Assembly (NCBI GenBank): GCA_028534125.1
Contig: CM052817.1
Coordinates: 10,356,001 to 10,420,000 of the forward strand
Reading direction: 5' to 3'
DNA length: 64,000 bases
Source: Lama glama
Lineage: Eukaryota
Shown here: positions 11,322-23,239 of the stretch, one piece after another
Layout of the letters: each line of letters opens with the position of its first letter
Numbering within the stretch: the stretch's first letter is position 1
The notes under the pieces: generated by a model
Seen by the model: the letters and a program-made list of their open reading frames with translations, nothing else
Databases searched by the model: none
What the model was told of the DNA's origin: nothing
Made by a program: the position numbers and the translations under genes

Positions 11322-13846
11322 CTGCTCATGGAGTGAGAAGCAGAATCCAAGGATTAAACCCTAGCCCTCACCAGACACACACGTTGCTGCCATGGCAGCT
11401 GGGCAGACCACAGCTGTGGTCGGGGTAGCACATCCAGTCTGTTTGTGCCTTTGAATGAGGCAGCTAAAGCCTGCAGACTGCACTTTTATTTAAACTGGAA
11501 GGTGGTGTGGGTCACTCAGTAGATGGGGTTAAAAGATGTGGTCATTACAAGCCAGCCAGGCTTTCTCATTTGACATCCATTCGGCCAGAGTGCACACAGA
11601 AATTTACATATTTTCCTGGATGACTTCCCTGTTTCTCCCAGCCATCTCTAAGTTTTACTTGATGAAAGCATCTTTAATTGCATGGTGCAGGGGCAGTGCT
11701 GAAATTCTACTCGCAGCTTTCTAATGGTGACTGATTCTCACCAAATCCAAAGGGTCTCAACTCATTAAAAACCCCCTTGACATAAGTATCTTCCTCCAAA
11801 ACGCAGTTGTTGGTTTGAAGAGCATAACGAAGTAAGAAAAACTAGGTGCTCTTTAGAAAAATTGAAATGATTTTGACTAGGTATGTCAAAATACAGACAA
11901 CTACGCTACTATTCTGCACCCATGGCAGGCATCACCAATGGATGGCCCACCAAATCCAGTCTAGGCCTCAGGATCCTTCTCAACACTGTGCCCTGTGAGC
12001 TGACACCAGGAGGCTGAATGGGCAGGAGACAGGAACCTCTTATCATCCTTCTATTAGACAGTGAGCTCTTCAGTGACAGAGTCTGGGTCTTCTCTTGTTT
12101 GTTTTTCAGATGTTGGTATTACCAGCAGTGTGGAGCCCATAGTAGGAGCTCAGAAAACATTTGGTGAACTGATCTGAATTCTTGCAGCCACTGTGCCTTT
12201 AAGTAGCTATGTCAGAGTTCCAGAATTCTCTGGAATTTACTTTCACTTGTTAGTGAAAACTAACAAATGTTAGTTTCTAAAACTCCAGAATTAGATGAAT
12301 AAAGAGGCTACTTGTGTGCACTTTCTGGGTTGATTTATTTACATCTGGCCATTCTTCCTATGCATTTTCTAATTTAGCCAGGAGTGCGTAATATTTATTA
12401 GCACCTTAATTAAAAGGCTCTGCTTTTCTCCTTTGACTTTTTTCCCCCTGACTCTTCAGGGGTGACAGCCCAGTTCAAACAGCAGAGGCAACTCTGGTAT
12501 TATTTAAGGACTACAATTCCTAGTGGTCTTAAAGCTAAAAGGGCGTCTCCCCTGCAAGGTTGGCCACTGTCTCATGACCCTTTCTTTCTACTGTAATGGG
12601 AATGAAAATCATACCTTCTGTCTATGGAGGACGGGAGGAGAGGCCAGGTAATTCTCAGGTCCGGATGGGGTTGGTTTTAGTCAAAGAGAACTGACCAATG
12701 GAAACTGGGGGAGAGTGGGTAGCGGACAGATTTGAAAGACACATTTAGAAGTCAGAGGAAAATCCCCTTGAAAGGAAGGTCCACTTTCATGTGGAGTTGG
12801 AGCAGGATCAGAACCAGAAGGGTGAGGACAACAGAAGAAAAGGGGGAAAGAGTGAGAAAGGGGGGCAAGATGAAACTGCATTGGTTAAGGAAAGTCACAA
12901 GGAAGGGCACACTTTTGAAGCCAGACTGTCTAGAGTGACTATGAAGCACCACAGAAATGTCAGGGCTGGAAGGACAAAGCCTGGGGAAGGGTGATGAGAG
13001 AGGAGAAGCAGAGAAGGAGATCCCGCAAGTCATGGTGGTGGAGAGAAGGGGTCAGCGATGCTTAAAGGAACATGAGAATTTAAAAGCGGGAAGTGGTCTA
13101 ATACTGGGATGAGGAATTCAGAATCAGGAAAGAATCAGACAGAAGGAAGCAAACTGGGGGAGAAATCATAGGAGGGGAAGAAAATTCCTGTACAGTTTAC
13201 ACTCTGTGGGGATGCCCTCAGCTGTCAGCTTTGGAGTTCAAAGAAGCCCCCTTCTAAGTGGCCCATTTCATTTGTTAAGACCCAGAAATGAATGAAAGAG
13301 GTCAAGAGGTCAAGAGAGTTGAGACCAGACCAGGAGCTCACCCTCCCCTTAAGCTAATGAAACAGGAAAGCAAAATCCACTGAGCTGCATTTTTAGTGGC
13401 CTTGAGTTAATTGCCTGAGTTTTAAACTAAGAGGGGACGCCCATGGGGGGAGAGGTGGGCGCAGTCAAATGGCAGTCTGGAGCCTGAGTGCCGGGAGCTG
13501 GTTTCCAGTGGAGCACAGGGGCCCGTGATGGTGCCAAGAGCCCCTTTGATGCCACCAGGAACACTGCTAAGTGATATTTTAATTAAACCTTAAGTGACAT
13601 ATCTCCTGTCTGTGACTCTGACGGCTTTTTAATTCAGGTCCCACTGCAGCACAGACTCTTAATATTCCTTTACAATTCCCAGTTTGCAGGGGAAGGTTTC
13701 CATGACAGAATTCTCCTTCTCCCTCCAAAGCCCGGTCCCCACCCCCCTCTCCCACCCTCGATCTGCCCGGAAGGTCTTTGTGGGCCTCTGGAACTGGGAG
13801 ACAGGCAAAGGCGGGATTTCAGGCCTGAAAGGAAAGCGAGACTTAC

Positions 13847-13998
13847 AGGTACCTGACTGGACAGACTCAGGTTGGCGGCCGGCGTCTTCTTCTTGCTGCC
13901 CGTGCTGTTGGCATTGGCCCCAGCGCTGCTGTTGGAAGTGCTGCTGGTGGAGTTTTTCCTTTTCCTCCGTTTAGTTGTCGGTTGCCTTGTGGGTTCTG
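13847..13998 (-). CDS. LDB2: LDB2 internal coding exon (152 nt; contains the KRRKRK nuclear localisation signal)
   Basis: Translates (A)EPTRQPTTKRRKRKNSTSSTSNSSAGANANSTGSKKKTPAANLSLSSQVP. Acceptor attgcAG|CA at 14000-13999; donor CCT|GTAAGT at 13846. Phase 1 in, phase 0 out. Confidence 0.97.
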
Positions 13999-14805
13999 CT
14001 GCAATATGGAAAATGGAAGGAGGATCAGTTCCAGGGCTACCCTCGGAACACTGTCCCTCCAGGGACTCTGTTTTTGTAAATTAAAGAGTAGACTATTTAC
14101 ACTTTTCCTATTTCTTCTAACTTCCTGAAAAATAAAAGGAGAAAGCCGATGATTTATTTTCAGCACAAAATGTGTGAAACTCTTTTCTTTAGTATCTTGA
14201 TAAAATGATTTGTATTTCATTGCTCTTTCTGATTTCATCTATATGTCTGGAATCTATTAATATGTCTTAGGGGTGAGTTACACCACTATCATAATTTGAA
14301 TTTAAAATATTATTACTGTTATGAATTTGGGGAAGTTTTTTTTTCTCTGGTTTATCTTCTTTTTATAACAAAAGGAGGGCTCTGGGACCCCTTGGGAACC
14401 TCTAAGGGATGAAATAGTAACTTAGTTAAATTTGTGAACTAGCGAGTAACTGTGACATCTGCTGGCTAAGTGTCACATTGCAGCCCAGCTCTATTACGCC
14501 TTGAAATGCTTAAGTAAAAAGAAGAGGCGTGTCCATTCTATCAGCCATCAATATGTAACTTAGGGATTCCCGAGCTCAGTAGAAATACCCATGGTTTGGA
14601 CCCTGGTGTTTAAAGGATGCTACTAATTTCAAAATCCCTGGGAGAAAAATGTCTTTATATGCTACAGCTAACATATTAATGAAAAGAAGCTAGATGTCTT
14701 CCAGAAAGGCCTGTTTAGAAATAACGAAAAACATTTCGGACCTAAAGGATGGGGCAACATCTTAATGGAAGCATAGGGACCCATAGAAATGTGTGGTGAG
14801 AAGAA

Positions 14806-14850
14806 TTTTAATTAATTAATTAATTAATTAATTAGTTTATTTATTTATTG
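14806..14850. repeat. (TTAA)n / (TTTA)n microsatellite
   Basis: ttttaattaattaattaattaattaattagtttatttatttatt. Confidence 0.9.
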
Positions 14851-16424
14851 TGTATTGGGAGCGTTACTCAATGTTTTCATCTTAATGTTTTCTATGTTAT
14901 TTTATATTCATTGCAACTCTATTAATTAGGTACTATTATAATCTTTGTTTGGGGAAATGATAAATCTTCAGAAGGCTGTTAGAGGCAGTTACTAATTGAG
15001 TTGGAAATGGAATGTAAGAGCATCCTTTTCAGTAACCCTATTCTAGATCCAACTCTGACGGGGAGAAGGTAAGCCAGGGCCACACTGGAACTAAGCGAGG
15101 GGTCTTTGTAGCATTTTCTTAGCACACCGGTGCTGCTTCTGATGCACAATGTGGAAGATCCCCTTTAAGGCGCATTTCAAAGATGACTTATTCCACCATG
15201 TCATTCCTGACTTTTAATGATGAATGAGATTATGTTTCTATTCATACCCTATTTTTTTCTTTCATAAATATTGTGTCTCTTATGTTTAAAGATTTTCACC
15301 AAAGGGCCTATCCAACAGGTTGGAGAAAAGTTGAGCTGTGCATTCCAAAGTCAAGAAAACCCAGGTTTCCCCTGACAGGCATTGCCTTCCCTTGACTTGA
15401 ATTGAAATCTGCTGCTTTTAATAAAAAGTGTCTGTACTTTTTTCATGGAATTTGGGAGAAATATACTTAAATCATATGTTCTGGATGACTCCCACTGGCA
15501 GTAGGTAGCTGTGGTAATAAAGTCATGAAATGAAGACATAAAAACCTGCTGTAACATAGGCTTCCATTGATTAGCTTCAAGCTAACTTGGGAAAATTACT
15601 ACTTTAAATCTCAGGCCTATTGAGAAAATGGGAATAACAAGAAATACCTCATGACATTATTGTGAGGATTCAATAAGAGAATTGAAGGTCCGTGAGGGCT
15701 GGGACTTGTGACTGTTTCATATGGAGTGGTGCCCATTGTGGCTAGAGGAGTGCCTGGCACCAAGTAGGGGTTCAATAAATAATTGTTGAATAAGTGACTG
15801 GATTAATCAATAGTATATGAATTCAATATGCATGTTTGGGAAATATAAGTGCTCAAAGCATTTAGTGGGTGGAATTGTTTTTCCTGTAGAGACGTATTGA
15901 TATTGAAAGAAAAAATAAGGCCAATTTTAGCACATTTAATATATTTGAAAAATAATGTTCTAAATGTCTAAAATTCCCCTAAGGTGGGGATGCAAATATT
16001 CGGTGTAAAATAATGCTCATTTTTCTTAGCTTTCTAAATAAGTACTTGGTTACATCTGCTCTTTTCATTGTATATAAAACCCCTGGCCAATTCCCAGAGG
16101 AAGGTGACCATTATGTTTTGTGATTCAGAAGGCTATGTGCCTCGTGTTAATAATTACTCTTTATAAAAATAATTTTTAGCGAATGGATACATTTTGCTTT
16201 TATGATCAGCAAGGCTCGACACATGCCTAGGAGTGAAAATGTATTAGCTAGAAAGACAATTAATGATGACTCGAAGCAGTAATTTCAGAATCCCAGCAGG
16301 AGACTATAGCATCTCAAACTGCATTCTAGGGAAGTGAGAAAAATGGAGTCTTTTATGTGTTCTTTTCATGATCAGAGTACCCTTTGGTAATATGTGTCTT
16401 AAAAAATAGAGCACTATTTATTTA

Positions 16425-16527
16425 TTTTCCTTCCTTCCTTCTCTTCTCTCTGCTGCCTTCCTATTCTCCCCTTCTTTCTTCTTTCTCTCCTCCCTCCCTT
16501 TCTCCCTCCCTCCCTCCCTTTCTTTTC
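16425..16527. repeat. Polypyrimidine (CT/CCT/CCCT) low-complexity tract
   Basis: Direct reading of the sequence. Confidence 0.9.
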
Positions 16528-16934
16528 ATGATTTCTATCATTCTTAAAAGAACACACAAAATCACAATAAGCCATGAGCAGCCACCCCTCTTGTCCAGTG
16601 GAATAACCACTAGCCTGGGAGACAAGAAACCTTGGTTCTGATTTTGGCTTTGCCAATATCTTCTTGGTAACACTAAATAAATCAATTTCCTTCTGTGGGT
16701 TTCAGGTCCTAATTTAGCAAGTGAGGAGACTGTGGAGGATGGTCACTACATTTTAGAAGGACACTCGCTCTTCACAAATTCAATGTCTCTGGGTCCAACA
16801 TCACGGTTAGAATATGCCTCATAAACCACCACTTTTCCTGCTACATTTATGATCACTTCCTTTTCACATCAGTTCATCCTCCGAAGAAGCCTCTGGAAAA
16901 GCACGTCGAACGAAAGTGAAGAGCGAGGTCGTAC

Positions 16935-17058
16935 CTGGCGGTGCCACCATCCGCTGCCACTTCTGAAACAAGCAGGTCTTCAGGCAGTCTCGGGGACTGA
17001 GGTTGTAAGTTTTATGTCTGGACATCAGTTCCTGCATTGGCTCCAGGATTACACACAA
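16935..17058 (-). CDS. LDB2: LDB2 internal coding exon (124 nt; LCCD region)
   Basis: Translates LCVILEPMQELMSRHKTYNLSPRDCLKTCLFQKWQRMVAPP plus G. Acceptor ccttgcAG|TTG at 17060-17059; donor CAG|GTACGA at 16934. The split codon G+CA (Ala) joins the next exon in frame. Confidence 0.97.
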
Positions 17059-18085
17059 CTGCAAGGAGTTCAAAGACATTGGTGTTTCACTCCTTGATGA
17101 TATTATTTGCAATAAATAATGTTAACAGCTGGAATCCATTAGAAAACTTAAAGGTAATTTTCTTCTCCCCTCCCACCCCCTGTTCTCATTTTCTCTATAT
17201 AAGTTTAGAGGAAAAGAAATATTACCAACACTTAATAATGTTCACTGAATACACCATCATTTATAATATTATAGCCGAGTGTGATTTTACATGCACACAC
17301 ATACATACCCACACATTCTGTACAGGCTGTCGGGTGGGTATATGTAGCTCTATCCTGAATTCAAACGATTTTCTCTGGTTAAAGGAGAAAAAGCTCTCTT
17401 CCATGGAGCACAGCATACTCTGATTTCTACTCTGGTTTTTGCTGTTGTTCTGTTTGTATAACCACATGCTGTGAGTTACAATGCTAGTTTATGTAGATTA
17501 TGTGGCAGTGAAAGCCATCCTTTAAACTTTGGAGAACAAAGTGGCAACTACAGGTACATTTTTTGATCCTAACTCTCATAAAGGGCCACGGTGCATATTA
17601 TTTTATTTTTATTCATGTTCTTGTTTGTATTTTACAGAAGATGAGGATGTCGATAACATATGCTGAGTCTCATTCAGAGTGGGAGCCTGCTCTGTGGTTC
17701 TGCACACGGCCTCTGTCTTCTCCCCTTTGGTTAGATCTTTCACCTTTACTTTGGTCCAAGACATCTGACGACAAAGATTAATGAATGAAATAAGAAAGGA
17801 TTCCTGTGGACTTTTCTGAATTCCTTCTTGGCTGGAAACCCATGAGAATACTGCTGCATTGAGGGGACTGTATCTAAGAGGGCAAGGACCACAACTGGGA
17901 TTGATGCATCCATCGCCCTTGCAATCACAGCAGTACGAAAGTTGGCGATTCCTTTCCCATTTGGAAAAACATCATTTTATTATGAAAGGCAGGTGTGCAA
18001 GCCCCACCTTCATCAGCCCATCTTTTTTACTACCCCTTCCATTCTGTCATTTCTTACATAAGTCATTCCCTAGAGGTCACACTCC

Positions 18086-18607
18086 TTTTTTTTTTTTTTT
18101 TCCAAATGCTGTGTTAGTTTCTGGTGTACAATCTAGTGATTCAGTTATACATATACATACATTCTTTTTTCATATTCTTTTTCATTATAGGTTATTACAA
18201 GATATTAAATATAGTTCCCTGTGCTATACAGTAAGACCTTGTTGTTTATCTATTTCACATGTAGTAGTTTGTATCTGCTGATCCCAGATTCCTAATTTAT
18301 CCCTCCATCCTCCTTTCCCCTTTGGTAACCATAAATTTGTTTTCTATGTCTGTTCGTCTGTTTCTGTTTTGTACATAAGTTCATTTGTATCTTTTTTTTA
18401 GATTCCGCATATAAGTGATAGTATATGACAATTGCCTTTCTCTGTCTGACTTAATTCATTTAGTATGATAATCTCCAGGTTCATCCATGTTGCTGCAAAT
18501 GGCATTATGCCATTCTTTCTTATGGCTGAGTAGTAGTATTCCATAGTGTGTGTGTATATATATATATATATACACACATACCACAGCTTCTGTATCCAGT
18601 CATCTGT
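18086..18607 (-). mobile_element. LINE-1 3' fragment (ORF2 C-terminal remnant and 3' UTR)
   Basis: Poly-T tail. The minus-strand ORF gives ...WIQKLWY...HTMEYYYSAIRKNGIMPFAATWMNLEIIILNELSQTEK, the L1 ORF2 C-terminus. Confidence 0.92.
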
Positions 18608-20619
18608 CACACTCGTTTTTGTCCTCTGGGTTCCCTCTACCTGGAATTCTTCCCCCAACTCTTCCTGGCTAATGCATCACCTATTGATAATCTAAACTTT
18701 GCCAAAACCACTATCCCCATTTCAAGGCCAGATGTAATCTCCTTCCATTTGCAGTTTCTTTGGAAGAAGGGACAAAGATTTCAAAGCCTGAACAACACAA
18801 GCACAATGTGAGCCAAAGAGACAAAGCCACTCAACCCTGGTGCATAGAGCTGTCAAGTAATGAGATATGGGTTAGTTATGATGCATCTTCAGTCTTGTTT
18901 ATCTCCTTGTTTACTTTGGAGTCATTTTTGAAATCTAAAATGTTAATAAGAAAAAACCTGTGAAAGAGGGAGGGTTACTAGACAATTAAGTTCATATTCC
19001 AATCCTGCAAATGTGTATTCCTCTGCTAAGAATTCCTCACTGGAAATCAAAGTATGTGCCAACTACAGACAACCTCATCTTCCCTTGTCACTCACACCAA
19101 ACAAAGTGAAGGATTCCGCCAACCTCTCTACACATAGAGATAAGAATGGATTAACCATCAAAGAAGAACCACTGCTAGATTCAGCCAGGGTCAGAAGATG
19201 TTTGCATCTCTTATTAAGCTAGGACAGTAAAAAAAGCTTTCAGAGAAAGTCTAAGGACTGGGAAAACTTTTTCTTTTAATTAAAAAACGTTATCAAGGTT
19301 TGCAAACCATCTCCTTTTGGTCCATTCCTATTCTTGAGAAATTGACTTACAATGGATATAAAATACATGGATGGCATGGAACAAACATAGATTCAGAAGC
19401 TGAGAGATCCACGTATAGATTTTGATTCTGTCACCATGAGCATATCCCCGAGTGAGCTGCTCAATCATGCTGGGTCTCGGTTTCATCTGTAGAACCATAC
19501 CCATCTTGTATATTATTTGGAAAATTTGAGGTACTTTGTCTTGGCACATAAATTCAACCAACAGTAGCTATCAGGATTATATATTAGCAACCACAGCACA
19601 GATCACAAAGCAAACCACATTTCTATTACTTTAAATCGGCGAGCATTTATTGAGTTTCCTCCTAAATGTCAAGCACTTTGCTTAGGTGTTGGGAACATAA
19701 CTATGAGCGTAACACGGTCTCAGTCCTCAGCGAGTATTCAGCCTCTCTGACTTTAGCACATTAGGAAAACAACCTTGTGTTTACACTTCAAGCAGCTTAG
19801 AAAATCACATCTTACTGAAGCAAATATTTTCATTATATGACAAGTTAGATGGCAAGTATTTTTATTATATGACAAGCTAGACCTATTTGGACCTCAAAAG
19901 GGTTATCAGCACTGAACGTGCTAGGAAAATGGGAGAGTTGTGTTTATTGCGAGAAGCCACGAGCTCATTATCTTTCTTTTTTTCCCACCGCCTTTCCTCT
20001 CCGGGTTTTGGGCAACACTTTTTATCAGGTGCTAATCCTCAGGATTTATCCCTTCCCCCTGTAAAAATATCTTCCCATCGCTATAACCCACCCCAAAGGA
20101 ATTTGCATCTCTGAATACTAATCAGGTGTCCCCAGAGCCATTTCTCTTCCAGTGCAGGGGAACCGGGTGGAGAGGCAGCCCGCCCCTTATTCATACATGC
20201 AAATAAGCCTCCCTCTCGCTCTGTGATGTGGAGCAGAAGCCTTTGCCGGGCTGCATGCTGTAGGTGGCAGAACTAACTCAGACAAGTGCCTGCCTTCTCA
20301 GGCAGCAAGCCAGTGCATCTTGGCAACAGCAAAGGCCTGGGGCCTTATGAAATGAGATCAGGAAGACAGTTCGGGGAGTAGGTTCCCGCAGTCACTGGCC
20401 AGATCCTTCTGGAGCCAGGATTCCTGCTCTCCTTGAGGTCTCAGACCCCCCTGAGAATCTGGTGAAGGCTCTGCAGCTTGTCTTCCAAATTTTGTAAGAG
20501 ATATCTGGAAGGAGGTTTATGAACCCTCTTACAGGCGCATCCATTGACTCTAGGTAAAAGTCCCCTGTTGGTAATATACACGATCCAGGCAACAATATAG
20601 ATGCCTTTGCCCCGACGCT

Positions 20620-20680
20620 AGATACACACACATGCATGCGTGCACACACACGCATGCATACCCACACACACCCACACACC
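20620..20680. repeat. Imperfect (CA)n/(CATG) purine-pyrimidine repeat
   Basis: acacacacatgcatgcgtgcacacacacgcatgcatacccacacacacccacacacc. Confidence 0.85.
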
Positions 20681-20919
20681 ACTTCATCCTCAAGTGCATG
20701 TTAATGGCACTGAGCATAATAACACAGGGTCCTGTGATTTTAAAGAATGATTTTATCTGCAAAGTTGTGACTGCTACAATGTTCCCAGTGGACCAGTCCC
20801 TTTGCCGGAAAAGAAAGGCCACAGACAGTGATATCTGCAACCCCGCAGCAGCCTGTGTGCCAGGCTGCGATGGCGATTGGTCTCCACCCGCGCTGGTGCT
20901 GGAGATGGGAAAGAGTCTC

Positions 20920-21280
20920 AATCTAAAATGGAACCGGAGGACAAGGAAATGGAGACTCCCGCCCTGCCCTCAGAAGAAGGGAACTTAAGAACCAAGAGAC
21001 AGGATTCGTGTAAGGACTTGATTCAGAGATGACGGAAGCTTACTTTCGGACCAATGAACGCCAAGAATCCCTCCCCATCCTCAAGCCAATAAACTTGCTG
21101 CTGGGGCTTTGGCTGGACTTCTCCCTCTTTACACTCCTTGTCCATAAATACAGCTCACCCTAAACCCTCAACAGACTTCCAGGAGCTGACTACAGCTTGC
21201 GTCCCCCTGACTGCAGGCTCTCCACTGCTCCTGAACAAACTCCATTTCTGGTTAACTGAGCTTACTTTGCCTTAGGTTGC
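20920..21280 (+). mobile_element. Possible ERV solo-LTR relic
   Basis: LTR-like order of elements: aaaatgg, two CCAAT boxes (accaatga, gccaataa), a TATA-like cataaata and a degenerate poly(A) signal region. Family not identified. Confidence 0.45.
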
Positions 21281-22189
21281 CTGAGGGTACCGGGAGGCGT
21301 CCCAGGGCACGGGCAGCGGGCAGAGCCAGCAAGGCCTGAGACCTCTCTTTGAATACAAAGTCCCTAAATGTGTAGTCCCTGCCAGGTCCAGTCAGGATCC
21401 TGAAGAAAGTCCCTGCCCATCCCAGCAAGGCTCTCAGGATGCCTTTTTATAGATTTCCTGAAAGTTTGATACTGGAATTGCTTCTCTTAGGCTACTGATT
21501 TCATTTTCTGGGGTTCTGCTGCAGCACTGACCCTTTGGCGTGAGAACAAAACCTACAACCACCCCGTTAACTTGCAGTGTGAATGAAGTAGTAAGTGGAA
21601 GGATGGATGGATGAATGATTAACAGAGATCTTGGCCAAATTTATAGCAAGGAGTCATTTGCTAGTGGCAGACAGATTAGGCATTGTCCTCTGGGCTTAGA
21701 GGTGATGAATTTGTCCATTTGATAAATAACTGACTGCCTCCTCTGTGCAGAATGCTTTGCACACATGCACATGTATCTACCCAATTACTGCATGGCCTGG
21801 CTGGGCCAGGAGATCTTACCTCAGTCCCAGGACTCCTGGCTTTTTCATAGTAACAAAGAGCCTAGCAAATCTAGACGGCATGCTGTTTGGCTTTATTTTG
21901 TTTTCATCTGACACTTCTGGAGAAACTTGATTCTCCTTAGCGACACACTCACTCTGGTTCTTCTTGCTCATCTCCTGGCCTGAGCCTGGGGAGAGTGATG
22001 CCTGGCAGACTTGGCTCTGGCCTAAAAAGCTGATGCCTTGGGGCTGGCATCTGGCTAGCTCCCACAGCTGGGTCTTGACCACTGAGATTTTAATTCAGTC
22101 TTGTCCAGACAATGGATGACATCCTCTGAGCTTGAACCATCTATTCTTTGCATATAAGTTTGTCTAGGGTTCCTAGATTCATAGCAGAT

Positions 22190-22348
22190 CAGGTTGCTCT
22201 TGCTTCAAAGACCTTCTCATGTATTGTCCAGAGTTGCTTCTTTGTTACAACGCTAGAGTTGAACAGCTATGACAGAGTCTATCTGACTCACAAACTCCCC
22301 AGATACTTACTATCTGGCCATTCACAGAAAGGTTGCTGACCTCGGTTC
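22190..22348 (+). mobile_element. MER58-like hAT-Charlie relic
   Basis: agagttgaacagctatgacagag...tacttactatctggccattcacagaaaggttgctgacc resembles the MER58 3' end. Confidence 0.65.
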
Positions 22349-23239
22349 CAAACCAGTGCTGTTCAAAGAAGGTGGTCTTCACTGTTTGCTAAGTTTCCAT
22401 GACAGGTTAAGGAGCTTCAGGCAGAGAGAATTCAGTTCATTGCTTCCTTCCTTGAGAAAGTCTTGTGTCAAAAAATTAGTCAGATGAACTGAACAATGTG
22501 TTCAACAAGGTAGTTGATTTATATTCCTGAGCAAGCTCCTTATTTTGGTGTGGATCACTAAGAGTTTGCAGTCTGGCCCTGGTCTGCGAACCACGTTTGA
22601 GTCACACTGGGATGAGCCTTCAGGTCCTCCAAGGTCAGCCTCGGATCTCACATCCGTCTGTGAACATCCCTTCCCACAAGGAACTCTTGCATCTATAAGC
22701 GCTTACTCCCAATCTGTGCACATCTCAGTGTTTCTGCTTGCATTGGGAATTTTCCTGCTTCAGCTCCTTACCTACAGCAAGCCCTGTTTTACTTTGCTCT
22801 GTCTTTTATTTAACATGGTATGAGGCATACTCAAATATTTGTTGAGCCAAAACTTAATAATCTCTGTGGAATACCCAACCTATGTCTGTCCCTGGGGTGT
22901 GTACCTGACATATATTATACCATTAACCCACACTGCCTCCTGTTACCTTTAACGGGTGAGAAAACTCAGACTCGAAGCCATTAAGTCACCCAGAGCTGAT
23001 ATCAAAAAGTGTGATTCTTATAATATACCCAAGGCTACACAGCCATTTGAAAAGCAGAGAAGAGGTTCACAGTCGGGTCTGCCTGACTCCAGCCCTATGC
23101 TCTTAAGCCTTACTGCTCTGTTGTCTACCTCTCTGAATATGAATGACCCAAATCTCTGCTAAGAGACCAGGTTCAAAGGTTTTCACTGTCTCTCATGTTG
23201 TTCCTTGCACATGGCATTGATCTACGCACAGAGAGGTGC

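Noticed and set aside
13867..14238. 123-aa minus-strand ORF over the NLS exon
   Set aside because: Wrong frame relative to LDB2, and it runs in from intron sequence.
19821..19883. ~32-bp two-copy tandem repeat (a similar one lies at ~44937-44987)
   Set aside because: Only two copies and no spacers, so an ordinary local duplication rather than a CRISPR-like array.
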